64,000 bases of DNA from an uncultured Actinomycetota bacterium (GTDB taxonomy: Bacteria; Actinomycetota; Actinomycetes; Propionibacteriales; Nocardioidaceae), in contig CAWDBZ010000009.1 in NCBI GenBank assembly GCA_963800715.1, positions 3,911-67,910 of the forward strand. The letters are read 5' to 3'. Positions 31,638 to 40,548 of the stretch are shown in pieces. Every line of letters begins with the position of its first letter. Position 1 is the stretch's first letter. The notes under the pieces are model-generated. The model was not told the DNA's origin and made no database searches. It saw nothing but the letters and a program-made list of their open reading frames with translations. The position numbers were made by a program, and so were the translations under genes.

Positions 31638-31736
31638 CTGACGCGCTGCTGCTCCGGCCGCCGCACCTCCCTAGGCGAAACAGGCCGAACCCGGCCTGGT
31701 TCGCCAGGAGGTCAAGCGGGTCCGGAGCAGGTCAGG
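31638..31736. terminator. About 100-nt imperfect hairpin downstream of the GH3 gene
   Basis: CCTGAC..CTGCTCCGG..ACCTCC..GGCGAA.CAGGCCG pairs with CGGCCTG.TTCGCC..GGAGGT..CCGGAGCAG.GTCAGG. Confidence 0.5.
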
Positions 31737-31847
31737 CACAGATCGCGATTCGGTCCCCCGCTCAGGGGGCGATTCCCACTCGGTCGAGCCGGCTCCAGGT
31801 TCGCTCTTGGACCGCGGACATGACGGGCCAGGTGCCGGCACTGGGCC

Positions 31848-32768
31848 CTAGCGTGGTCCCGGAGATCCCTCGAGGGCCTCGATGAGGATTGACGACAGCA
31901 GCAGAGCCTGTTCACCGGTCGGGTCGAGGTCGGAATCGAAGACGCACACCTGGAGTCCGACGCAGATCGGCCAAAGCTGCGTCAAGAGGTCGGCGAGGTG
32001 GCGAGTTTCGACCCCACCGGGATCCGGACCGTCGACCGCGGGCAGGATCCCGGGGTCCAGGACGTCGACGTCCACGTGGACCCAAGTGGCATCCAAACCA
32101 GGCCGGTTCGTCACCGCCTTGACCGCCTCGGTCGTGCGCCTGGGCGATCCAACCTCGCGCAGTGACCGTGTTGGCGAGAACGGCGCGACATTCCTGCAGG
32201 TGCTCGTCGTCGTCGCGGCACCCGAGGTGGACGGTGTCGTCGGGTCGGAAGTACGGGCCCGGGTTTTCAATGTCGCTGATCTGCGGGCGATGGAGCCCGA
32301 CGGCGGCCGCCAGGTCCTCTCCCGCCAGGCTTCCGAAGGTCGCGGAGTTGCCGGGGCGGCGGAAATCAGCGTGGCCGTCGATGTGCACCAGACCGAACCG
32401 GCCCGACTGCGCAGCGCGAGTGCGGCACCCAGCAGGATTGTGCAGTCGCCGCCCAGGACCAGCACGCGCTGGGAGGCGTCAACGCACTGACCGATTCGCC
32501 GGCCGAGACGGCGAGCGTGGTCGATCAGCGCGGCCTGGTTCCTGACAGCACCCGAGGCGACGTCGGGCAGGTAGCGACCCGCGATGATCACACCTGCCTC
32601 GCGTCCACCCATGGCGCGAAGACGTTCATGCAGCCCTGCCTCGCGCAGAGCCGCCGGTGCCTTGTCTGCACCTGGCACGGCACCCGTCTCGGGTGGACGT
32701 AGGCCCAGGTTCGACGGAGCCTCGATCACCGCGAACGGCAACGAGGCCGATAGTTGCTCCATCTCCAC
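31848..32768 (-). pseudogene. Arginase/ureohydrolase family gene with two frameshifts
   Basis: APSNLGL, LGGDC in frame 1; HIDGHADF in a second frame; HVDVDVLDP back in frame 1. Confidence 0.75.
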
Positions 32769-33039
32769 CTCCGACTGGCCTCACGCACATCGTGGCTGCG
32801 CCACAAACCGCACGAGGAAGCCACGCTACGACAGCGAGCCGTCTACGTGCCGTGGAGAGCTCGACCAAGGTGAGGCGACGCCAAGGCCGGCGCAGGGTGA
32901 GTGCGACGCCTCGCTTCACGTCGAGTGCGGGCGGCAACGGCGACCTGGGCGGGTCGTGTTGTGTTGTGCAGAATCCGTGCAGAAGTCTCCGGCAGGTAGA
33001 TGCCGAAACCGCCTGTCAACTGCCGAATGCGTCGGACAG

Positions 33040-33091
33040 ACGCCGACCTCTCAAGGCGGTAGCGCCGGTTCGAATCCGGTCGGGGGTACCA
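33040..33091 (+). pseudogene. 3' fragment of tRNA-Glu(CTC), probable att scar
   Basis: ACGCCGACCTCTCAAGGCGGTAGCGCCGGTTCGAATCCGGTCGGGGGTACCA: anticodon arm, T-arm, CCA; no 5' acceptor strand or D-arm. Confidence 0.85.
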
Positions 33092-33153
33092 ACGAAGACA
33101 GTCGAGCGGCGCGCCGCGCTGTCGTTTCTCGGAAGGCAGTAGCGCCACCTCAG

Positions 33154-34881
33154 CTAAGAGGCTGAAGCGCTGGGCTCACCCTGCTGCTCGGCGGCCTCGA
33201 TGATGTCCATCACGAAGTTGATCGGACGGATCCGACCGCTCACGACCGGAGACCCGTCTGGCGCGAACAGCGCAGAGGGGATGCCGATGATCCTGGCGTC
33301 GTTGTCGATCGCGGCGCCGCCGGAGTTGCCGGGGGCGATCCGTGCGTCGGTGTCTATCTCCGATCGCGGTCCGAGGTCCTCGCGGTCGATGAAGGTCGAA
33401 ATCACGCCCTTCGTCACCGACAGGCGCGCCGACTCGGAGATGCCCGGGAAGCCCAGCACGGTGACGTCGTCGCCGGACTGCACCGCGTCCGAGTCACCGA
33501 TCGGCATCGTCGGCAGGTCGAGGTCCTCGGTGTCGATCGTCGCGCCGTCGGCGTCGGCGTAGATCTGTACGACCGCTACGTCGCGGTGTCCGTCGACCTC
33601 CACGGGTCGCGCCCGGTAGGACGCCTCCGCCGGAGTGTCGTCCATCCCGTTGACCAGCGCGACGAGCAGGTAGTCGGGGTCGCCGATGCCGTCGTCACCG
33701 TAGTACTCCGACAGGCCCTCGGCCGTGGGCTGGGCGACGTGGGCGTTGGTCAGGATGAGGCCTTCGTCGGTGAGGATCGAGCCCGAGCCGGTGAACTGCA
33801 CCCTCTGACCGTCCGGTCCCGGCGCCTCGGCAAGCAACAGCACGGTCGCTGCCTTGGCGCCGTCGAGCTCGTCCTGCGTGAGCACGGCGATCGTGGGGTC
33901 GTCGTCGACGGCCGTCGTGGGGCCATCGTCGTCGTCGCGGCTGAGCAGGACGGCCGTGGTGATGCTCCCCGCGATGAGCACGAGGGCAGCGACGATCGCA
34001 CCAGCCCGCACGAGCACCTTCCGGCGGCGCTTGCGCGCAAACCGGCGCACTTCCTCCTCCGCGGAGAGGATCGGCACCAAGCTGACCTCGGGCCCGGCTA
34101 CGGGGTGGCCGAGTCGAAGCACGAGGCGCTCGTGAAACACCTGGTGCTCGATCCGGCGCCCTTCGACGAAGCTGCCCTCCTGGGAGAGATTTCGAAAGAC
34201 CCAGCCGCCCGGCACCGCAGACACCTGGCCGTGCATCCGCGAGCACGACGGGTCGGCGATCACGATGTCGCACTCGGGTTGGCGACCCAGGCGAAGGTCG
34301 GCGGGGTGGCGGTAGCGGAACTCCCGTCCGTCAGCCACGATCAGCAGGTCGGGCCCGCTTCTCGGGTACCCCTGGTGGCCTGCAGGGACTCTGGGGGCGA
34401 CGACGCGGGTGTGTTCGTAGGCTTCGGCCGTCGCAGGCTGCGGGACCGGGCCACCACCCGACATCCCGGGTGGCGGCGCCAACGGGGTCGTCTGCGGAGC
34501 GAGCGGGGCCTCAGGCACGTACGGCGGGGGTGCGGCCGCCGGAGGGGCGCTCGGCCCGACGATGTCCGGAGAAGCCTGTTGCTCGGGTGTGATGACCAGC
34601 GTCGAGCTGGTCTCGGGGCCGCATTGCACCGTGATCTCACCCGTGATGCGCCGCTCGGTGATCCGTTCCCCGTCGACGAAGGTGCCGTACTGGCTTCCGG
34701 CGTCTACCAGCACCCACCCGTCGTCGACGGCCCTGATCTCGGCGTGCTGCCGCGAGACGGACCCTGCCGACAGCACCACGTCGGCCTCGATGAACCGACC
34801 GATGCGGATCAGCTTCGGGACGTCGAAGCGCAGGACGCGGCCCTCGACCTGCACGAGCAACGCCTGCATGGGCGTCAGCAT
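33154..34881 (-). CDS. FHA-FHA-TM-trypsin-like serine protease
   Basis: Two FHA motifs (IGR..SRQHA..GT; LGR..SRMH), basic stretch plus TM helix, triad TNAHV / DVAVV / GNSGG. Confidence 0.88.
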   Translation of the reverse strand: MLTPMQALLVQVEGRVLRFDVPKLIRIGRFIEADVVLSAGSVSRQHAEIRAVDDGWVLVDAGSQYGTFVDGERITERRITGEITVQCGPETSSTLVITPEQQASPDIVGPSAPPAAAPPPYVPEAPLAPQTTPLAPPPGMSGGGPVPQPATAEAYEHTRVVAPRVPAGHQGYPRSGPDLLIVADGREFRYRHPADLRLGRQPECDIVIADPSCSRMHGQVSAVPGGWVFRNLSQEGSFVEGRRIEHQVFHERLVLRLGHPVAGPEVSLVPILSAEEEVRRFARKRRRKVLVRAGAIVAALVLIAGSITTAVLLSRDDDDGPTTAVDDDPTIAVLTQDELDGAKAATVLLLAEAPGPDGQRVQFTGSGSILTDEGLILTNAHVAQPTAEGLSEYYGDDGIGDPDYLLVALVNGMDDTPAEASYRARPVEVDGHRDVAVVQIYADADGATIDTEDLDLPTMPIGDSDAVQSGDDVTVLGFPGISESARLSVTKGVISTFIDREDLGPRSEIDTDARIAPGNSGGAAIDNDARIIGIPSALFAPDGSPVVSGRIRPINFVMDIIEAAEQQGEPSASAS

Positions 34882-34894
34882 AGGGTCAGCCGTC

Positions 34895-36199
34895 TCAGCG
34901 GGGACGGCGAACGACGGCGTCAGCGTTGCCGATCCGCAGCCGAGCGCCGTTGACGAGTTCGGTGGTGCGCTCAGACTCGAGGACGAACAGCTGGCCGTCG
35001 GGGTAGGACACCGACCAGGGAAAGTCGGAGACGTTGGCGAGCCCCCAACGTTCGGCCTCTGTCGGATGGCGGCGCACCCGGCCCAGCGTCTGCGGATTGT
35101 CCACCCCGGTCTCGACGTGGTCGGAGCGAAGGGTGGTCAACGTGCTGACCGCGACCGTACGCCGGCCGACCTGGATCACGAGCGGTGGTTCCACTGACGC
35201 CTGGCACTTCCGGCAGGTCCGGCCGGACTCGGCGGGGTCCCAGAAGTTGGTGGTGCCGCAGACCGGGCAGCTCACCATGCCGTCGCGGAGCCGGTCCATG
35301 GCCTTGATCCACTGGCCTTCGGTGACCCGCGAGTCCGGCTCCTGGAGCCCGGTGACGAAGGCGTGCATGAACAGGTCGCGCAGGAACTGCGGATAGATGG
35401 CCCAGTAGCGCAGGACCAGGTCGGCCGGCCGGTTGGAGTCGTCGTCGGGGTGCAGGCAGAACAGGGCCTCGGTGCCGAAATGGCGCATCAGCCACTGGGG
35501 GTCACGCAGACCCGACTCGGTGCGTGCGCCCTCGAGGGGGTGACCGAAGCACAGTGAGTAGAAGAGCAGCACGGCTAGCGAGTGACGGTCGGTGTCGGTG
35601 CTGGGCAGGGTGGTGAAGGTCGGGTCGCTGACGACCTCGGGCGCCATGAACAACGGCGTGCCGAGCACCCGACCGGTGCCGTCGTCGATGCCCACGTTGT
35701 CGTTGTCGCAGATCAGCACGTTGCCGTTCTCGGGATCGAAGAACACGTTGCCGAAGGAGATGTCGCGGTAGCAGAGTCCACGCGCGTGTAGTCGAAGGAA
35801 GCTGAAGCTGAGCTGCCGGCACAGCTCGATCGTGGAGGCAAACGAGACATTGAGCTCGTTGCCTTCCCTGTCCTCGTTGGACAACAGGTAGCTGAGCTCG
35901 AGGAAACGGCTGGACCGCAACGGCATCACATATCCGAAGCCGGCGTGACCCGAGGCACGGGCGATGCTCAACGGCCAGAGGAACCGGGTGTGCGGCGCTC
36001 CGACCTCAACGAGCCGCTGGATCTCGTGGTACTGCTCGCTCGTCGCGCACTCCGGCTTGTACCACTTGAGCGCCAGCGGCTCAGCCACCGGACGGCTCAC
36101 CTCGAAGACGTAGCCCTGGCCACCCTGGCCGATCAAGGCCGTGACCTGTGCGGTGCCCAACGCACCGAGATCGACCTCGGTCCCGTTGGGTAGCATCAT
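34895..36199 (-). CDS. YegI-like Ser/Thr kinase with Zn ribbon and degenerate FHA-like C-terminus
   Basis: GQGGQG, ALKWY, YRDISFGN, CDNDN, MAPE, CPVC..CRKC; GGAGG RBS before ATG 36199. Confidence 0.85.
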   Translation of the reverse strand: MMLPNGTEVDLGALGTAQVTALIGQGGQGYVFEVSRPVAEPLALKWYKPECATSEQYHEIQRLVEVGAPHTRFLWPLSIARASGHAGFGYVMPLRSSRFLELSYLLSNEDREGNELNVSFASTIELCRQLSFSFLRLHARGLCYRDISFGNVFFDPENGNVLICDNDNVGIDDGTGRVLGTPLFMAPEVVSDPTFTTLPSTDTDRHSLAVLLFYSLCFGHPLEGARTESGLRDPQWLMRHFGTEALFCLHPDDDSNRPADLVLRYWAIYPQFLRDLFMHAFVTGLQEPDSRVTEGQWIKAMDRLRDGMVSCPVCGTTNFWDPAESGRTCRKCQASVEPPLVIQVGRRTVAVSTLTTLRSDHVETGVDNPQTLGRVRRHPTEAERWGLANVSDFPWSVSYPDGQLFVLESERTTELVNGARLRIGNADAVVRRPR

Positions 36200-36322
36200 C
36201 GGTGGCCGGCCTCCGCAATCACCAAGGGGACTTTCAACGCTGCGATCGAGTCGCACACACCATACCGAGGTGCCGACAGGGTATACCGGTCACAAGTTGC
36301 CGAGGCGAAAGGCGGAGAAGCC

Positions 36323-37027
36323 ATGACGGACCGCCTCGGCGGCGCGCTCGCTCGCAAGCCCCTTCACTTCATCTTCGTGCTCGACGTGTCCGGGTCGATG
36401 CTGCGCGGCGGCCGGATCCAGGCCCTCAACAACGCCATCACCGAGGTGTTGCCACACCTGCGCGAAGAGGCCCGGGCCAACCCTCACGCAGAGCTGTTGG
36501 TCCGCGTCCTCGCCTTCGCCAACGAGCCGGTGTGGGTAGTCGAGGAGCCCACCCCGGTTGCAGACCTGCGCTGGCAGAAGCTCGAAGCGGTGCGCCAGGG
36601 CTTCACCGAGCTCGGCAGCGCGCTCATGGTGCTGGCCGAGGCGATGAAGGAGCTGGAGTCACAAGGCGCGGCCTACCCGCCGGCGATCATCCTGGTCTCC
36701 GACGGCCAACCGACGCAGAGCAGCGGCGTCACGTTCGCGGAGGGGCTCCAGGAGCTGCTCAACTCGCGATGGGGCGAAGCGGCCGTCCGGCTGGCCCTGG
36801 GCGTTGGCCGCGACGCCCACATGCACTCGCTGCGGCGCTTCATCGGCAACGAGGACGTGCCCTTGCTCCGGGCCGACAACCCCGAGCAGCTGGTCGAGTA
36901 CATCGTCTGGGCCTCGAAGGCCGCGAGCCGCGTCGCCTCGCGTCCCGTGCTCGGCGACGCGGGTGTGGCCGGCGTGACCGAGGTGCCGAGTCCGGCGGGT
37001 GATCCGATCTGGAGCACCCTGACGTGA
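36323..37027 (+). CDS. TerY/YegL-like vWA protein
   Basis: MIDAS DVSGSM, GFTELG, ILVSDGQPT. Confidence 0.88.
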   Translation: MTDRLGGALARKPLHFIFVLDVSGSMLRGGRIQALNNAITEVLPHLREEARANPHAELLVRVLAFANEPVWVVEEPTPVADLRWQKLEAVRQGFTELGSALMVLAEAMKELESQGAAYPPAIILVSDGQPTQSSGVTFAEGLQELLNSRWGEAAVRLALGVGRDAHMHSLRRFIGNEDVPLLRADNPEQLVEYIVWASKAASRVASRPVLGDAGVAGVTEVPSPAGDPIWSTLT

Positions 37028-37845
37028 GCTGGGCAGTCACGTCGGCCAGCCACATCGGGTCGGTCCACCTGCGCGACCACCGCCCACTGCAGGACTCGTC
37101 GCTGACGTGGGCGGACAGTGAAGCCGCGATCATCGCCGTCGCCGACGGACACGGTCACTACCTGCATTTCCGCAGCGACGTCGGTGCCGACCTCGCCACG
37201 CGCTGTGCCGTAGACGCACTCAAGGGGGCCTTGCCCCAGTGGGCCCGGGAGAACGACCTCCTACGACCACCGGTGGAGGAGGTCGCTGCCACGATGCTGG
37301 CGGCCTGGACAGCCGCCGTACACGAGCACGTGGCCGCGCACCCGTTCACGCAGGCTGACGCACCGGGGGACCTGCTCACGCCGTACGGCACGACCCTGCT
37401 CGCGATGGTCGTAACGGGAAAGTTGCTGGTGGCCCTCCAGATCGGCGACGGCGACGCCGTCGTAGTGCGCGCGAACGGTGAGGCGATCCGGCCTCTGCCC
37501 GACGACCCGCGCCAAGACGGTGTCGTCACCGCGTCGCTGTGCCAGCCGGGTGCCCTCGAGTCGCTGCGGTGCACGGTCCTCGATCTCGACGTCGAGGACG
37601 TCGTCCTGGGCTTCCTCTGCTCCGACGGTTTTGGCGGCTCGCGCGTGGACGCCAAGGGCTGGTGGCAGCAGACCGGGGATGAGCTCGTGCAGCTCGGCCG
37701 TCAGCACGGGCCGACGTGGCTGGCCGAGCAGCTGCCGGGCTGGCTGGAGGAGCCGGCCCTGGTCGGCGGTGACGACACCACCATGGCCATCCTTGCCCGC
37801 ACCGACATGCAGGTGCCGGACACCGTGCCTGTGCCGCTGCCGTGA
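37024..37845 (+). CDS. PP2C-like phosphatase (YegK-like)
   Basis: GSVH....PLQD, AVADGHG, GTTL, QIGDG, CSDG, GDDTT; GTGA overlap with vWA gene. Confidence 0.88.
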   Translation: MSWAVTSASHIGSVHLRDHRPLQDSSLTWADSEAAIIAVADGHGHYLHFRSDVGADLATRCAVDALKGALPQWARENDLLRPPVEEVAATMLAAWTAAVHEHVAAHPFTQADAPGDLLTPYGTTLLAMVVTGKLLVALQIGDGDAVVVRANGEAIRPLPDDPRQDGVVTASLCQPGALESLRCTVLDLDVEDVVLGFLCSDGFGGSRVDAKGWWQQTGDELVQLGRQHGPTWLAEQLPGWLEEPALVGGDDTTMAILARTDMQVPDTVPVPLP

Positions 37846-37873
37846 CCGGGCCCTCGTCAGAGCGTGCGGTGCC

Positions 37874-39544
37874 TTAGCCCGCCCACCACGTTGCCAGGGT
37901 GTCGAGGGCGGTCGCCTGGTCGCCACTGAGATACGCCTCGCCGTAACACAGGCAGCTCGTGTCGTCCCAGTAGCGCACGCCTTGGCCGTCATCCTCGAGG
38001 AAGTAGTCGACGAGGGTCCCCTCGTCCGGCCCGTCCCCGTAGTGCCACGTGTCGACGGTCGTGTTGTCAGAGTTGGCCGACGCCTTCTTGTTCTGGCGAT
38101 ATTCGCGGAGGGCTTGGATGGAAGTCCACTTGCCGAAGTAGACCGTGATCCCGAGCCGCGCGTTGCAAGAGACCTCCTCGGTCTCATTGTCGGTGAAGGT
38201 CTGGATTCGGTCGCACACCCCGACGCCTTTGACGAATCCCTCCAGGAATTCGATGAGCTCGGGGTCGGTCGGCCCCGTCGGCCAGCCCACGGTTGGACCC
38301 GTCGACTTGAAGGTGGTGACCAGCGCGTCGAGCGTGGTGGTGTTGACGCCTTCGTAGACCGCCGACTGCAGCCCCGTGCTGCTGTCCCAGTAGAGCGAAG
38401 GAGGCCGGGTGACGGTGCCTGCGTCGTCCTCGTCCTCCTCCACCCCGTAGATCACGTGAGCTCCGTCGTCGAGATAGCGACCGCCAATGAGGCTCAGGTC
38501 CACGCGGCGCGTGCGGTTGGCCAGCAGCTGCTGGCCGGAGTCGAACGTCGTCAGGGTGAGTTTGCCGCCGGCAAACACGCAGTCAAGCCTCTCGGTCTCG
38601 CCGGCGACAGGGGTCGTGCTGGCAGTGCAGTCGTTCATGCCGGTGGTCACCAACCCCGCCAGCGCCCCGTAGCGCTGGTTGACCGAGTCGAAGGCGGTGG
38701 GGTCCGCTGCCGGGCTCTCGCCGCCCGGGCTCTCGCCGCCCGGGCTCTCGCCGCCCTCGCTCTCGCCGCCCTCGCTTTCGCCGCCCTTTTCCGAGGGGTC
38801 CGCGCCCGTCGACTTGTCCGTAGCCGTGTCGCTCCCGGGGTCGTCACCGGTGACCGTGATCAGGACGGCAATGCCTCCGCCGATCAACGCCAGCACGGCC
38901 ACCGCCGCGACGATCAGGGGCCACTTCTTCCGCTTCTTGCTCTGCGGGACCTGCCACGGCGGGGTCTGTGGTGAGCCCGGGGGCGGGAGCTGATGCTGGG
39001 GCTGGGAATAGGGCTGGGGCTGGTTGTGGGGCGGGGGCTGGGTCGGGGGCTGATACTGGGTCGGGGGCTGAGGCGGAATCGGGGTCTGGGGCGGGGCCTG
39101 GGGCGGAGTCTGGGCCTGGGGCGGGGTCTGGGGCGGGGTGTGCGGTGGCAGCGGGGTCTGGGGCGGGTTGTGTGGTGGCAGCATCGTCTGCCCCGCCTGC
39201 TGCGTGCGGTAGCGGCGTACGTCCACATCGCTGACCCGGCCGACCGCGAACCCGAGCACGGCACAGGCCCACCGAGAGCCGGCGACGTCGGCGCTGCGGT
39301 CGCGAGCCAGACGATTGCCGGCCTCCTCGATCGCGCGTCCGACATCGGCACCGCTGTCGAGCATGGACGTCAGCGTCCGTAAGGCTCCGAGTCGCACTGC
39401 GTCGACAAGGAGGTTGATGTCACCGGTGGTCGCGGCATCCTCGTCGAGGAAGTCGTCGACAGCGCCGCGGAATCCCTCGGCGTCATCGAAGATGTCGCGC
39501 CCCAGGCGCAACCCGAGGGCATAAAGATTTTCGTGAAGCTCCAT
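37874..39544 (-). CDS. Membrane-anchored protein: helical N-domain, Pro/Gln linker, TM, Cys-containing extracellular domain
   Basis: PPQT repeats, KKRKK then hydrophobic helix, GGES(E/P) x5, duplicated Cys-containing extracellular unit. Confidence 0.75.
   Translation of the reverse strand: MELHENLYALGLRLGRDIFDDAEGFRGAVDDFLDEDAATTGDINLLVDAVRLGALRTLTSMLDSGADVGRAIEEAGNRLARDRSADVAGSRWACAVLGFAVGRVSDVDVRRYRTQQAGQTMLPPHNPPQTPLPPHTPPQTPPQAQTPPQAPPQTPIPPQPPTQYQPPTQPPPHNQPQPYSQPQHQLPPPGSPQTPPWQVPQSKKRKKWPLIVAAVAVLALIGGGIAVLITVTGDDPGSDTATDKSTGADPSEKGGESEGGESEGGESPGGESPGGESPAADPTAFDSVNQRYGALAGLVTTGMNDCTASTTPVAGETERLDCVFAGGKLTLTTFDSGQQLLANRTRRVDLSLIGGRYLDDGAHVIYGVEEDEDDAGTVTRPPSLYWDSSTGLQSAVYEGVNTTTLDALVTTFKSTGPTVGWPTGPTDPELIEFLEGFVKGVGVCDRIQTFTDNETEEVSCNARLGITVYFGKWTSIQALREYRQNKKASANSDNTTVDTWHYGDGPDEGTLVDYFLEDDGQGVRYWDDTSCLCYGEAYLSGDQATALDTLATWWAG
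38714..38787 (-). repeat. 15-bp coding tandem repeat (GGESE/GGESP x5)
   Basis: GCTCTCGCCGCCC(GG/TC) repeated five times. Confidence 0.8.
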
Positions 39545-39641
39545 CGGGGGCCCTTCAACTGGATAGCAGTGGTCAATGACCGTCTGTATCGAACAACCCT
39601 ACGACCGAATTATCTGTTCAGCGATATCCACAATATTTGTG

Positions 39642-40442
39642 TCATTTGGTCGCCAACAGGCCCGAAATCCGGTCGGCGACCTCGGCCGCGGTCTTGGGGC
39701 GGGCCCGCAGGTCGCTGTCGATGCAGGACCGTATCAGTTCCGCCGCGGCCTCCGGGATGTCGGCCGAGACAGCCGGAGTGGATCCCAGGATCGAGCGGAC
39801 GAGCAACAGCGGCTCACCCGACGGCAGGTCGCCGTAAAGGCCCGCGCCCGTCATCGCAAAGTGGAGGCTCGCGCCGAGCGACCAGATGTCGCTGGCTCTG
39901 GAGGCGCTCGCGCCGAGCATGATCGCCGGGTCGGTGAACTCGAGGCCGATCTGGCCGAGACCGGTCACCATCATCCCGGGGGTCAGGAGTTGGGAGAGCC
40001 CCAGGTCGGACAGTCGTCCGCCGTCGTCGGCGAGAAGGATGTTGGCAGGCTTGATGTCGCGATGGGCGATGCCTCGCTCGTGGAGCGCGTGCGCAGCCAG
40101 GGCCGCGTCGCGGACGGCGGTGACCGCGTGCGCCTGCTCGAGGGCACCCGCGGGTTTCTCCAGCGAGCCGAGTGGCAGGTACTCCATCGCGTAGTAGAAG
40201 GCGCCGCCGTGCCGACCGGCGTCGTACACCGCGATCAAGCGGTCGGAGTCGGCGACGCTGAAATGCTTCAGCTCTCGGGTGGCGCGTCGGAAGGCGTCGT
40301 CGGAGGTCGGCCCGGCTATCACCTTGACGACGACCTGGCCCTGCGGGATGCCCAGCCGTGCCGGCGTCGTCGCGAGGTAGTTGGCGCCGTAGTTGGATTC
40401 GCCCAACGGGCGCACGAACTCGTAGTCAGCGATCCCCTTCAC
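39642..40442 (-). CDS. Stand-alone Hanks-type Ser/Thr kinase domain
   Basis: VVKVI, MEY, HRDIKPANIL, SDLG, SDIWSLG; GGAGG RBS before GTG 40442. Confidence 0.88.
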   Translation of the reverse strand: MKGIADYEFVRPLGESNYGANYLATTPARLGIPQGQVVVKVIAGPTSDDAFRRATRELKHFSVADSDRLIAVYDAGRHGGAFYYAMEYLPLGSLEKPAGALEQAHAVTAVRDAALAAHALHERGIAHRDIKPANILLADDGGRLSDLGLSQLLTPGMMVTGLGQIGLEFTDPAIMLGASASRASDIWSLGASLHFAMTGAGLYGDLPSGEPLLLVRSILGSTPAVSADIPEAAAELIRSCIDSDLRARPKTAAEVADRISGLLATK

Positions 40443-40548
40443 GCGGCACCTCCTCGTCGCCAAGAATGACCGGATCATGCCATGGGTGCGCGCGCATCCT
40501 GCGGTGTAACGTTCCGCCGCACCGGAGCACCAGTGAAAGGCAGAGGCC

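Noticed and set aside
33015-33091. Intact tRNA-Glu gene
   Set aside because: Sequence upstream of 33040 cannot form the D-arm or pair with the 3' acceptor strand
36255-36305. ATACCG/TGCCG repeats in the kinase-vWA promoter as a SARP array
   Set aside because: Spacing is not a regular 11-bp period
38714-39180. GGES and PPQT repeats as a non-coding array
   Set aside because: In-frame low-complexity protein linkers
39589-39620. TCGAAC half-site as an SOS box
   Set aside because: No GTTCGA half at N4 spacing
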